DNA of 64,000 nucleotides from positions 96,001 through 160,000 of IMG/VR virus record IMGVR_UViG_3300027806_000001. One strand, 5' to 3'. Shown piece by piece: positions 24,688-34,313 of this stretch. The notes under the pieces are model-generated. The model was not told where the DNA came from and did not search any database. It saw only the letters and a list, made by a program, of their open reading frames with translations. Origin of the DNA: a virus. A program made the position numbers and the translations under genes. How positions within the stretch are numbered: position 1 is the stretch's first letter; every line of letters begins with the position of its first letter.

Positions 24688-25323
24688 TCAGCTGTTCCAC
24701 CACCACTTGATCCGGGCGATGATGCCCGGATTCGACATGCTCTCAATCTCGCGCTCGTCCTCCAGACGAGCGCGGATGACCTCCTCGGTCATCTGGATAT
24801 CGCCGCTGATCGCGGCGAGCACCTGCGCCTCGGCGTATGCCGGGACGTGCAACTGATCCTGGCCGAGGGTGTTCTTGATGAACACCTCTCCTCGGACCTC
24901 GGCCGCCTGCAGGCGTCCAGCCTGCAGGTGATCCGGGGAGGACACAGCCTTCGCCGTGTCCTGGACGATGACCGTGCCCGCCAGGGCACGGTCGGTGATC
25001 ACTTCGCCCCGGTAGACCGGGACAAGGTGATTAAGGGTCTGCCCCGCGGTCGGGGCAGTCTCGAGGGACTTGAGGAGGTCGATGACCTCATTCGCCTTCG
25101 ACTCAGCCGCGGCCTTCTTGGCCGCCGCCACCGCCGCGGCCTTCTTGGCCTTGGCGGTCTCCGCGGCCGTAGCCGCGGGAGTGGCGGCCGGAGCCGCCGG
25201 GGTGGTGGCGGCCGGAGCCGCCGCGGGAGTGGCGGCCGGAGCCGCCGGGGTCGTCGCCGTCGCGGCGCTCCCCATGGCCAGGAAGGCGAGCGCGGCGACG
25301 ACGGTACGGATGAGAGTCTTCAT
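24688..25323 (-). CDS. Exported protein with Pro/Ala/Thr linker repeats
   Basis: Start trimmed to MKTLIRTVV; signal peptide; three TPAAPAA repeats. Confidence 0.7.
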   Translation of the reverse strand: MKTLIRTVVAALAFLAMGSAATATTPAAPAATPAAAPAATTPAAPAATPAATAAETAKAKKAAAVAAAKKAAAESKANEVIDLLKSLETAPTAGQTLNHLVPVYRGEVITDRALAGTVIVQDTAKAVSSPDHLQAGRLQAAEVRGEVFIKNTLGQDQLHVPAYAEAQVLAAISGDIQMTEEVIRARLEDEREIESMSNPGIIARIKWWWNS

Positions 25324-25431
25324 TGTGTTCCTTTCGTGAACAGGGTGCCCCCGAGGTCTAGGCAGCCGGCACCCCGGCTGCCAGGAATAGACCTGCAGGC
25401 AACGTGCCAACAGGTATTCCCGACCTATGTA

Positions 25432-25461
25432 TGGATACCACGGAAAGGCACCCTGTTTAGG
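25432..25461 (-). promoter_or_regulatory. CCTAAA-N18-TATCCA promoter variant
   Basis: Followed by TACATAGG, identical to the copy at 25733. Confidence 0.55.
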
Positions 25462-25487
25462 GTGGAACCGGTGCGGACCCACATAGA

Positions 25488-25517
25488 ATAATAACACAAA
25501 AAGGGCCCTTATTTAGC
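25488..25517 (-). promoter_or_regulatory. GCTAAA-N18-TATTAT promoter
   Basis: Exact spacing match. Confidence 0.7.
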
Positions 25518-25543
25518 CCCCTCCGGGACCCCCTCCAAGGGCT

Positions 25544-25583
25544 AAAAAAGAGGGTTGGCGCCTGCAGCGCCTGCCTATCCCTC
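25544..25583 (-). terminator. Probable intrinsic terminator
   Basis: GAGGG...CCCTC stem with inner GGCGC pairing, followed by TTTTTT. Confidence 0.55.
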
Positions 25584-25732
25584 TTAGCCATCATCCGGCC
25601 AGGCTCACCCATTTGGTTACCCGGTGGTATTCCGGGCCCGGCTCATGGTGCCGGGGCTGTCATTGTAAGTCCCTGTTTGTTGGATCCCAGTTGGGCCTCT
25701 GGGCAGGAGCAACTGGTAATTGCTCCTATGTA

Positions 25733-25762
25733 TGGATAACGCAAAACAGGCCCCTATTTAGC
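25733..25762 (-). promoter_or_regulatory. GCTAAA-N18-TATCCA promoter
   Basis: Exact spacing match; no ORF between it and the terminator at 25544. Confidence 0.55.
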
Positions 25763-26437
25763 CTCCTCCGGGCTGGTCCGGTTCCTGTGCAGGGGCAGGG
25801 GCCAGGGGCACGGAGGCACGTCCTTGCGGACCAGGAACTCCCGGCGGATGGTCCTCCAGTTCAGGCTCCCGGAGTGCTGGTCGCCTTTCGGGGTCCGGGC
25901 CCTGGAGTACCTGCGGTCCTTGGGCCTGGGGCAGCAGGCGTGGTAGGCGCCCAGGTCGAAGTCCTGCGGCAGCTCCACGGCCACGAGCAGCCCTGCCATG
26001 GGGATGGACCTGGACGACAAGAAGATTCCGGTCGGCATCGGCAGCGGAGCCTGGCGGTCCGAGGCCTTGAAGCACAGATCGTAGGCGGGCAGGTTAGGCG
26101 TCCAGTGCATGGGCAGGCACCGCTTCATGACCGCGTGGACGGCGGCCTTCTTCCGGGCGATGATCTCCTCCTCGCGCTTGAGCCCGCGGCGCCGCCTTCG
26201 CCCGGAAGACGTCACCCAGGGCTGCCATTTCTGCAAGGCCCCCGTCCACTGCCCCAGGTCCGCCCACACGGTGTCCCCGTCGTAGTGCAGCAGCGGGTAA
26301 CCGTGCAGCATCAGCACGGAGCCCCTGTCGCCCACCTCCACGTACATGTTCAGGTTGCGGCTGTCGGCGTAGTCGACCGGGCGCATCCAGCAGAAGCCGC
26401 GGCCCAGGTTCGTGATCTTCTCGTCTAGATCGGTCAC
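25754..26437 (-). CDS. Hypothetical protein
   Basis: GTG start after AAGGAGG. Confidence 0.6.
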   Translation of the reverse strand: MTDLDEKITNLGRGFCWMRPVDYADSRNLNMYVEVGDRGSVLMLHGYPLLHYDGDTVWADLGQWTGALQKWQPWVTSSGRRRRRGLKREEEIIARKKAAVHAVMKRCLPMHWTPNLPAYDLCFKASDRQAPLPMPTGIFLSSRSIPMAGLLVAVELPQDFDLGAYHACCPRPKDRRYSRARTPKGDQHSGSLNWRTIRREFLVRKDVPPCPWPLPLHRNRTSPEEAK

Positions 26438-26470
26438 TCCGATCCTCCTTGAGGTTGGTTCATGCTACAG

Positions 26471-26500
26471 CAAGGCCCGGGGTTTTACCCCCGGGCCTTG
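26471..26500. terminator. GC-rich hairpin after the portal-like gene
   Basis: 12-bp stem CAAGGCCCGGGG/CCCCGGGCCTTG; no clear U tract. Confidence 0.4.
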
Positions 26501-26528
26501 CCGAGAAAGGGAAGAGTCCTTGTCGCGG

Positions 26529-28451
26529 TCACTGCGGAGGCGGCACCGGCTGCCTCAGCTGGTCGCGGCCCTGGCCTTCGGCCTGGGCTGTGGCCTGGTC
26601 GAGCATGCTCTTGACGACGGCGTGCATGTTCGGATCCTGGCTCTTGATCTGGTCGAGTATCTGCCTGCGCTGCGGGCTGCCCAGCGGCGCCGTGGCCATG
26701 ATCTCCTGGACCCGGGCGTTGGCGTCCGCGAAGAAGCTGTCGATGTCCCTGGACGGTCCCGCCGCGGTGGGGCCCGCGACGCCGTTCTGAGGCATGGACT
26801 GGGGCGCCGCGGCCGGAGGAGCCCCAGGGCCGCCCATCATGAGGTTCGGCCCGCCGGGCACGCCCTCGCCCGCCATGGCCTGGCCGGGGGCGGCTATGAA
26901 GGCTCCCGGAGGAGCGCCGAGCACCTGCTCGTTCTCCTGGGCCTTCTGCATGCGGTCCATGTAGGCCTTCTCCGCCTTCATCTTGAACTCCTGCTCGGCC
27001 TGGCGCTTCTTGTAGGTGTCCTTCCAGTCCAGGTTGAACAGGTTGAGGACGTCCTGCTCCGCGGCCACGCCCTGCATCATCATCTGGAGCATGATCATGC
27101 GGCGCTCCATGTCGTCGGCGTGCGTCGGGCGGACCAGCCGGGCCTCGCAAGGCAGCCAGCTGAGGATGGCCGAGACGCGGTCGACGATCCAGGAGAGGAC
27201 GTCCTGGATGCCGTGCAGGAAGATGGACTCGCCGGCCTCGAACAGGCGGGCGGCGAAGGGCGCCGTCTGGGCGCTGAGGTTCTTGCGGTAGAGCTCCACC
27301 GGAATGCCGAGGCCGTTCAGGAAGTCCGCCTGGGCGTTCTGGAGCAGCTCGGGGGTGACGAAGTTCTTGCCCTCGCCGCCGAGCAGCTGGTAGTTGACCG
27401 GGGTGGGCAGCCACTGCCAGCCGGTGGGGTCCTTGCGGGCGCGCTCGATCGAGCGGGTCACCTGCTGGCCGAAGCTGCCGATGTTGACGCCCTTCATGAC
27501 GTCGCCGCCCGCACCGACGGACTGGGGGCTGATGAGCCTGATGGGCAGCATGTGGTCGAGGGCGATGCACTCGTTGTTGCGCTTCAGGATCTGCGCCAGG
27601 TAGGCGTCGCGGAAGCCTGCGATGACCGGGGGCAGGCCCCAGGGGCCCAGCTTGATGTCGCTGAGGTTGCCCAGGCTGGTGTGGTGGACCATGCCGGGGC
27701 TGAACTTGAACATCCTGCCCTGGCGGACCGACTGCACGATGCCCCACGGCACCGACTCCAGGTAGGCGCGGTCGGACTTGGAGATGGAGCCGATCTCGGC
27801 CGTGGGTACCTCGTAGTAGTACTCGGGCTGGCCGCCGTAGTCGTGGGCCACGATGCGCATCTGCTTGACGTGCCACCGCTTGAGGTGGACGCGGTTCTCC
27901 TCCCTGGTGGGCATGTCGCTGGGATCCAGGACCTTGACCTCCTGGCCGCACTGGCAGCGGAACCTGAAGCCGTGCTTGAGCTCGAACCTGTAGTCGACCT
28001 GCTCGATAGGGGCCGCAAAGCCGCACTCGGGGCACTGCAGCATGCGCTTGAACGGCGCCAGGACGGAGATGAAGCTGTTGCCGTAGACCTTGACGTCCCT
28101 GCCGATGGAGAACAGGGCCGACTTGAGGGACATCTTCTCGAGCAGGAATTTCTTGTATTCCTGCTGCTTGTCCTCGTCGAGGGAGTCGTTGGCACCGCCG
28201 ATCTCGATGTCGGTGCCGACGAAGTAGGACACGACGTACTCGATGGCCTGGGCGAAGGTCCGGTTGCTGTAGTACATCAGCTCGGCGATCTCGAACGCCT
28301 CGTTGAGGTTGGTCGGCAGGTAGAGGGACGCGTAGTCCAGGAACGGGCTCGGAGCATGCTCGGAGTGCTCCAGCATGCGCTTGCCGCCGCCTCCGGAAGG
28401 GTTCATGGATCCCATCGTCATCGAATCAGCCCTCGCGGCGCACCCTGGCAA
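26529..28451 (-). CDS. Probable portal protein (true start likely 28377-28421)
   Basis: About 620 aa; helical N-terminus, 'GRDVKVYGNSFI' segment typical of portal wing starts, CxxC insert, Pro/Gly/Ala-rich C-terminus. Pattern-level only. Confidence 0.55.
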   Translation of the reverse strand: MPGCAARADSMTMGSMNPSGGGGKRMLEHSEHAPSPFLDYASLYLPTNLNEAFEIAELMYYSNRTFAQAIEYVVSYFVGTDIEIGGANDSLDEDKQQEYKKFLLEKMSLKSALFSIGRDVKVYGNSFISVLAPFKRMLQCPECGFAAPIEQVDYRFELKHGFRFRCQCGQEVKVLDPSDMPTREENRVHLKRWHVKQMRIVAHDYGGQPEYYYEVPTAEIGSISKSDRAYLESVPWGIVQSVRQGRMFKFSPGMVHHTSLGNLSDIKLGPWGLPPVIAGFRDAYLAQILKRNNECIALDHMLPIRLISPQSVGAGGDVMKGVNIGSFGQQVTRSIERARKDPTGWQWLPTPVNYQLLGGEGKNFVTPELLQNAQADFLNGLGIPVELYRKNLSAQTAPFAARLFEAGESIFLHGIQDVLSWIVDRVSAILSWLPCEARLVRPTHADDMERRMIMLQMMMQGVAAEQDVLNLFNLDWKDTYKKRQAEQEFKMKAEKAYMDRMQKAQENEQVLGAPPGAFIAAPGQAMAGEGVPGGPNLMMGGPGAPPAAAPQSMPQNGVAGPTAAGPSRDIDSFFADANARVQEIMATAPLGSPQRRQILDQIKSQDPNMHAVVKSMLDQATAQAEGQGRDQLRQPVPPPQ

Positions 28452-28752
28452 GCAGGTTGGCGCCGAATCCGTTGTTGCCCAGGACCGCCCAGTCGTAGGC
28501 GGTCAGGCCGTCGTGATCCTCTGCCGCGGGATCGAGGTCCCTGGAGGCGATCACATGGAAGGAGATCAGGTAGGTCAGGATGGCGGGGTCGCCGTGGTAG
28601 GCCGCGTGCATGAGCAGGGTGCGACCCTGCTTGTCCCTCAGCGAGAGCAGGCGGGGGAACCTGTTCAGCAGCATGTTGGCGCCGACCAGATCTCCGTCCA
28701 CGAGCGTGCGGACCATCGCCGGGATGGCCTCCTGGATGTTCTTGATGGTCAT
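28426..28752 (-). CDS. Ankyrin-repeat protein
   Basis: DKQGRTLLMHAAYHG and DHDGLTAYDWAVLGN repeats; SD GGAGG. Confidence 0.85.
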   Translation of the reverse strand: MTIKNIQEAIPAMVRTLVDGDLVGANMLLNRFPRLLSLRDKQGRTLLMHAAYHGDPAILTYLISFHVIASRDLDPAAEDHDGLTAYDWAVLGNNGFGANLLARVRREG

Positions 28753-28925
28753 CGCGCCTCCTGGTCCAGGGCCGCCCTGCGGCAGCCGCACCGGCCGCAG
28801 CAGCCGGCCTTGGGAGGCGGGACCTCCGCAGCGGCCTTGACGGCCTGGTCGGAGTCGGTGACGACTGGCGTCTCCTCGGTCTCCCCCTGCACGACTCCCT
28901 GCTTGATGAAAGGCTCGTTGTTCAT
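28749..28925 (-). CDS. Small protein with C-terminal Cys cluster
   Basis: MNNEPF...GCCGRCGC. Confidence 0.4.
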   Translation of the reverse strand: MNNEPFIKQGVVQGETEETPVVTDSDQAVKAAAEVPPPKAGCCGRCGCRRAALDQEAR

Positions 28926-28985
28926 GTTTATAATCAACTTTCGTGGAATTTTTGGCGAAGAGGCCGTTTTTCAGGTCAGAATTTT

Positions 28986-29642
28986 TTACGGGCTAAGTTC
29001 TTTTATCACCCGAAGAACAAGCAGGTATCTTGCCTCGGACCTGTCGAACAGCTCCACGTTGAGCATCTCGCATCGTAGCCGTCGTCCGTGCACCAGGCAA
29101 TCGAATTCCGGCACCGACATTCTACCATCTTCCTCCAGCACCGATACGGGGGGCAGCCAGCCCGGACGGCCCGTGGAGAGGTCCAGCTCCAGCTCCAGCA
29201 TCAGCCAGCCCTGGCCGCCGCGGGACGTGCCCTCGGACTGGAAGACCGCCCTGACGCACGGGATGGACAGCTTGGCTCCGTGCCAGTCGATCTGCACCGT
29301 CACGGATGCAGTCCTCGGCTCCACCCGTGCAGGCCGGGCGACCGGAGCCGCCTGGACCTCGGCATCCTCCTCCGCTTCCTCCTGCCCGGACTCCGGATGG
29401 GCTTCCTGCGGCACGGCCGCCGGAGGGGGCAGGACGCCCCCTCCGACGAGCACAGGCCTGAACCCCAGCGGAGCGCGGAAGTTCCTGAACTGGGAGTCCG
29501 GGGGAACCGCGGTGCCGCGCACCTGCGACCATCCGTCGGAGTTGTCGGTGACCTTCACCGGCTGCTTGCCGGAGGAGGCCCGCATCGCGGGCTTCATTCC
29601 AAGTGGTGCTTCCGGCTTAGGTCTCTTCATGGCAGGTATCAC
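28986..29642 (-). CDS. Hypothetical protein
   Basis: Disordered N-terminus, beta-rich C-terminus. Confidence 0.6.
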   Translation of the reverse strand: MIPAMKRPKPEAPLGMKPAMRASSGKQPVKVTDNSDGWSQVRGTAVPPDSQFRNFRAPLGFRPVLVGGGVLPPPAAVPQEAHPESGQEEAEEDAEVQAAPVARPARVEPRTASVTVQIDWHGAKLSIPCVRAVFQSEGTSRGGQGWLMLELELDLSTGRPGWLPPVSVLEEDGRMSVPEFDCLVHGRRLRCEMLNVELFDRSEARYLLVLRVIKELSP

Positions 29643-31162
29643 TCGTCGTCCGCGGCGGCGCTCGGCGAAAGGTCCGCCTGGCTGAGGGGAGCGAGGATCC
29701 CCTCCTGCGCGATGGCCGTGGACAGCGCCTTCCTGGCCACACTATACCACGACTCCCTGGGCAGGAGCGCCGTGACCAGCGGACCCATTCCGACAGTGAC
29801 GTGCCCGGCCTCCAGCGCCGGATCGTGCTCCTCCAGGGACTTGCCCATCAGGTTCCTGAAGTCCTGTGCGGAGATCAGGCCGCAGGAGTACATGACGACG
29901 CAGGCCACCTTCGGATCGCTGCTGTTGATCTGCTGGGGAGTCAGGCGGCAGTAGAACCTCTCGGTGTTGGAGATCAGGTTGCTCTCGGCCGGCACGAACC
30001 CCTTGAAGTTCCTGCCGTCGAGCTTGGGCCTGACGCCCAGGACCAGGCACATGACCGCCGGAGACTCCTCGGGCCCCGTGGGCGACATGGAGTACCGGCT
30101 GGTGCCCACCCACCGCAGGTCGTTGTTGGACCTGTGCCACTCGCCGTAGCGCGGGTTGGAGGAGTCGATGGTCGCCGCGATGTCCTGGAAGTACGCCTCC
30201 ATGAGCTTGCGCATCTTGTCCATGGTCAGCTGGTCCTGCACCATGGGCAGCCGGCGGCAGACGTCGGCCGCCTTGTTTTCGGAACCGCCGTTGCCTCCGA
30301 ACTTGTCGGAGGGATCCATCAGGGCCATCATGGAGTGGTGTGCCGTGGCGATCGGGCTGCTCTCGCACAGGAACCAGTGGTGGTCCATGGTCCAGGGCCA
30401 CATGGAGCTCTGCGGAGGCTTGCGCCACTTGTGCACCTGGCTCTTGTCGACCTCCGAGGCCGTGCGGATGATGCGGTGCGGCAGGCGGGGCGCCACCCTG
30501 GAGCCGATCAGGCCCTGGGACAGCTGGTTCGACTGGGGGTCGACGACGTACCACGCCCCGTCCGTGTATTCGCCGCCTCCGTAGGGACTCGTCTTCTTGC
30601 TGCCGTAGCCCTCGCGCGGGATCGAGTTGTTCCTGCAGGCATCCAGCACCAGGCGGGCGCGGCCGGACCACGGCATGTTCTTGACGTGGTTCTCCATCCT
30701 GCTGTCCACGAGCAGGAAGGCCGTCACCACGGCCTCGGAGTCCAGCGCCAGCAGCCCCATGGCGAGCGCCTTGACGACGTCGTCAGGACGGCAGCGGAAC
30801 GCCCGGGCTCCTCTGCCCGGCGAATTGAAGGCCGTCGAGCCCGGGTCGAGCTGCCTGAGCAGGTTCTCGCACTGGGACGAGATCTTCAGGCCGGCCTTGG
30901 CGACGGCCGCGGCGTCGGGCAGCGAATGGAAGCCGGAGTGGAACGACGGGGCGCAGGACACGCTCGCATGGAGCAGGCCGACGGTCTTGCCGTCGACCGA
31001 CAGCGGGACGTAGAGCACCTTGTCGAAGATGAACGGAGCGGCGGGGTCCGGCCCGTCGAAGTAGGCCGGGTTCTGGAGCGAAATCCTTCCGGCGACGATG
31101 AACGACCGGCGGAAGGAGTCGAAGGTGATGAACGAGTTGTCGAGGTTGACCCTGGTATTCAT
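29639..31162 (-). CDS. Hypothetical protein (507 aa)
   Basis: Long ORF with natural composition; no motif recognised. Confidence 0.65.
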   Translation of the reverse strand: MNTRVNLDNSFITFDSFRRSFIVAGRISLQNPAYFDGPDPAAPFIFDKVLYVPLSVDGKTVGLLHASVSCAPSFHSGFHSLPDAAAVAKAGLKISSQCENLLRQLDPGSTAFNSPGRGARAFRCRPDDVVKALAMGLLALDSEAVVTAFLLVDSRMENHVKNMPWSGRARLVLDACRNNSIPREGYGSKKTSPYGGGEYTDGAWYVVDPQSNQLSQGLIGSRVAPRLPHRIIRTASEVDKSQVHKWRKPPQSSMWPWTMDHHWFLCESSPIATAHHSMMALMDPSDKFGGNGGSENKAADVCRRLPMVQDQLTMDKMRKLMEAYFQDIAATIDSSNPRYGEWHRSNNDLRWVGTSRYSMSPTGPEESPAVMCLVLGVRPKLDGRNFKGFVPAESNLISNTERFYCRLTPQQINSSDPKVACVVMYSCGLISAQDFRNLMGKSLEEHDPALEAGHVTVGMGPLVTALLPRESWYSVARKALSTAIAQEGILAPLSQADLSPSAAADDE

Positions 31163-31223
31163 TGGTTGTGTCTCCTGTGGGCCCCGGGCCGGGCGGACCC
31201 GGCCCGGGGCTGCATGGCTGTGC

Positions 31224-32558
31224 TCAGCCCTTGACGTGGATGGTGGTGCCGTATGGCGCGATGACCTGGCTGTTGATGACCCAGATGACGTCGAAGTCCG
31301 GCGGCTCGCCGAACTCGCCGTACCCGTCGGTGAAGTAGACCAGCACGTCCGGCCGGTCGTGCCCCATGTCCGAGATGTGGCGCATGACCGGCACGAAGCT
31401 GGTGCCTCCGCCTCCGGTCACCCTGGGGATGTCCTCGTAGGGACCGATCCAGCGGTTTCCGTAGACCTCGGCGTCGCACTCGAGCAGGTACGTGGGCAGG
31501 CCGTAGAGCTTGCGCACGCCGTCGAACTCGGACAGGCCCTTGAGGATGTCCTCCTCGGACATGGATCCCGAGGTGTCGATCGAGAAGCCCACCGACGGAA
31601 CCTTGCCGGCCCTGCGGCTGGGCAGGAGGATGTCCTGCCACAGGTGCCTGCGGGACGGAGGCACGAACGTGGACCTGCCCTTGACCTTGGTGCAGTACTT
31701 GCTGCGCATGCAGTAGGCCAGGGCTTCCTCCCACCTGACCTGAGGCTTGAGCAGCCTGCCGACCGCCCGCTCCATGTGCGCCGGCAGCTTGCCCTGCAGC
31801 TTGGCCCGGGTGGCCGCCTGCGCGGCCGCCTCGGTCCACCCGCCGTTCTCCTTGTTGGGGACCTCCTCGGTCCTCTCCTTGAGGGCCTGGCCTCCGTCGG
31901 GCTGGGGATCGCCGGGCTCGAGGATGTCCTGGCCGATGCCGTCGCGCTCCTGGTCGTCCTGCTCCTGGTCGCCATTTTCGCCTGAACCAGCCTGGGCGCC
32001 GACCTTGCCCTTCTTCCCGTCCTTGCCTTTCCCCTTTCCGTCGCACTGGCGCACAAGCATCTCGTAGACGATCTCGGCGGTCGCCAGGTCCAGGTCGACC
32101 TCCAGGGCCGCGCAGGTCTCCTGGTCCCAGTAGCAGCCCCGGCTGACCAGCCTGCGCAGGTTGTCGACGCCTCCGAAGTGGTTGACCAGCAGGTGGTTGA
32201 TCATGATGTCGGCGGCGGTGTTCCAGATCTTCCGGTCGCGGGCATGCCTGCGCACGTTGTGGCCGAGCAGCGGGTGCATGATCTCGTGGGCCAGCAGGAA
32301 CGCCTTGCTGCGCATGTCCAGGGAGTTCCAGAATCCGAAGTTGAGGTAGATCTTGCCCTCGTAGGAGACGCCCGCGGTCGGGACGTACGGATTGTCCGCC
32401 GGCAGCATCACCAGCTCGAACTTCTCGATCAGGAAGCCCCAGAACGGGAACTCCCTGAACATCCAGAATATGAGCTTCGACAGCCCCCTCCGGGCCGCCT
32501 CCAGCTCCTGCTCGGAGATGGAGGCGGCCTTGCCGGAGACGGGGGCCTTGGTTTGCAT
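31224..32558 (-). CDS. DUF2201-like metallopeptidase plus VWA domain protein
   Basis: Start trimmed to MQTKAP; FLLAHEIMH (HExxH), WNTAADIMIN, IDTSGSMS (MIDAS), GGGTSF, YFTDGYG. Confidence 0.88.
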   Translation of the reverse strand: MQTKAPVSGKAASISEQELEAARRGLSKLIFWMFREFPFWGFLIEKFELVMLPADNPYVPTAGVSYEGKIYLNFGFWNSLDMRSKAFLLAHEIMHPLLGHNVRRHARDRKIWNTAADIMINHLLVNHFGGVDNLRRLVSRGCYWDQETCAALEVDLDLATAEIVYEMLVRQCDGKGKGKDGKKGKVGAQAGSGENGDQEQDDQERDGIGQDILEPGDPQPDGGQALKERTEEVPNKENGGWTEAAAQAATRAKLQGKLPAHMERAVGRLLKPQVRWEEALAYCMRSKYCTKVKGRSTFVPPSRRHLWQDILLPSRRAGKVPSVGFSIDTSGSMSEEDILKGLSEFDGVRKLYGLPTYLLECDAEVYGNRWIGPYEDIPRVTGGGGTSFVPVMRHISDMGHDRPDVLVYFTDGYGEFGEPPDFDVIWVINSQVIAPYGTTIHVKG

Positions 32559-32596
32559 CGCTGTCACTTGTCCTCCTCTTTCTCGTGACCCTCGGG

Positions 32597-33628
32597 TCAG
32601 ACCTTGTAGTCGGCGAGCAGCTGCTTGTGCTTCTCGTTCCAGCTCTTGAAGCTGGCGGACTTGATGAGCATGGGCATGATCTTCGGATCCTTCTGCGCCA
32701 GCATGCCGGCGAAGAACAGGGACGCGATCTCGGGCCGGATGCGGCAGCCGTTCGTCCCGGCCATCACGCCCGCGGCCTTCTCGAAGATGGAGAGCTTGCG
32801 CACGGTGCGGTGCAGGATGTTCGACACGACCGCGTAGGTCAGCGACATCTTGCTGGGGCCGTCCTCGTAGGACGCCTTGCCGTCCAGCAGGGCGTCGATG
32901 TCGGGCAGGTTCTTGGCCTCCCGGCGGTACTCCAGGAACCAGCCCGCCGCGGCCTTGCCCACGGCGCCCTCGACGGCCTGGCGGTCGTCGATCCCGGCCT
33001 TCAGGAGCTTGGACACGGTGGCCCAGGCGCGCGGGGTCGGGAAGTTGCCGTACTCGTCGACCGGCGGCTGGTACAGGTGCTCGCCGGAGCAGTAGGACAT
33101 GAAGCCGAGGACGTCGGGCTCGATGGCGCCGATCGTCATGGCCCAGTTGCGCCACTGGTTGAAGTCCGGCTCCATCTCCACGATCACGAACCGGTTGCGC
33201 AGCGGGGCGCTGAGCGGGTTGACGTGGGCCTTGTGGCTGCTCTTGTTGCCGCAGGCCACGATCCACCAGCCGTCCGCGAGCTTGTGCGGGCCGCACCGGC
33301 GGTCGAGGATGAACTGCAGGGCGGCGTTCTGGACCGACGGGTCGGCGGTGTTGATCTCGTCGAACAGGATGATGCCGCTGCCCGAGGTCGGCAGGAAGTC
33401 GGGCCGGGCCCACGCCACGGTGGGGTCCGAGTCCGAGGTGCGGTTGACGAGCGGCATGCCCCGCATGTCGACCGGCTCGAGCATGCTGAGGCGGACGTCC
33501 TTGACCTCGTCGCCATCGGCGGCCTGCTTGCAGATCTCGGACTTGCCGATGCCGGGGGCGCCGAAGATCAGGAGGGGCACTCCTGCGCGGCGGTAGCTCT
33601 TGATCATCTCGACGTAGTTGCTGTTCAT
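32597..33628 (-). CDS. MoxR-type AAA+ ATPase
   Basis: GAPGIGKS Walker A, ILFDEIN Walker B, LSAPLRNRF, FPTPRAW. Confidence 0.9.
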   Translation of the reverse strand: MNSNYVEMIKSYRRAGVPLLIFGAPGIGKSEICKQAADGDEVKDVRLSMLEPVDMRGMPLVNRTSDSDPTVAWARPDFLPTSGSGIILFDEINTADPSVQNAALQFILDRRCGPHKLADGWWIVACGNKSSHKAHVNPLSAPLRNRFVIVEMEPDFNQWRNWAMTIGAIEPDVLGFMSYCSGEHLYQPPVDEYGNFPTPRAWATVSKLLKAGIDDRQAVEGAVGKAAAGWFLEYRREAKNLPDIDALLDGKASYEDGPSKMSLTYAVVSNILHRTVRKLSIFEKAAGVMAGTNGCRIRPEIASLFFAGMLAQKDPKIMPMLIKSASFKSWNEKHKQLLADYKV

Positions 33629-33674
33629 GGTCTCTGTTCCTTCTTTCTCTGGTTTCTCGTCGTTCCAGGGGCGG

Positions 33675-34184
33675 TCAGGCGACCGCCTCCTCCATGCTGT
33701 CCTCGGTCTCCTGCGCCTCCTCGGGCTGGTCCGCGTCGGCCACGCCGACCACGAACGCCATGCCCATGCAGCGATCGATCAGCTCCGAATACCCCTTCGA
33801 CTGGGCCACGGCCTCGGACGAGCAGGCGGAGTTCTTGCCGAAGTCCTCGTTCCCGCCCAGCAGCATCCTGTCAGCAGTGTCGCTCAGCCTCTGCAGCAGG
33901 GGGCCCTCCTTGTCGCCTTTGCTGGACCGGCGGTTGTGTATGCGCCAGTCGTCCTCCGAGTTGCCGACGGTCGTCAGGAAGCCGGTCTCGTAGAGGCGGC
34001 AGCCGAAGAACCTGGTCAGCGCCTCGATGTGGCGGAGCTCCAGGGCGGACGAGACGGCCGGCCGGCCGAACAGCTCGTCGAACTCGGCCTCGCGGATCGC
34101 CATGATCTCGGCCAGGTTGCGGCGGCTCATGATGTCGCAGGCGACGATGGAGCGGACGACGTGCGTGATGTACTCAGACAGCAT
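33675..34184 (-). CDS. Hypothetical protein
   Basis: SD AAGGAAGG; possible N-terminal HTH. Confidence 0.55.
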   Translation of the reverse strand: MLSEYITHVVRSIVACDIMSRRNLAEIMAIREAEFDELFGRPAVSSALELRHIEALTRFFGCRLYETGFLTTVGNSEDDWRIHNRRSSKGDKEGPLLQRLSDTADRMLLGGNEDFGKNSACSSEAVAQSKGYSELIDRCMGMAFVVGVADADQPEEAQETEDSMEEAVA

Positions 34185-34313
34185 TCTTCACCTTCCTTCA
34201 TTCATTTGATTGCTAACGATGGGAAAAGCGCATCTCGAACCCTCGGCCCGGCCGCCCCGGGTCCTCCTCGCGGAGGACCCGGGGCGGGCCAAGACCTTCG
34301 AAGAGGCCGGACG

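Noticed and set aside
31224-33413. 729-aa ORF-track call as a single protein
   Set aside because: The upstream part overlaps the AAA+ gene in another frame and is shadow-like; the real start is MQTKAP at 32558.
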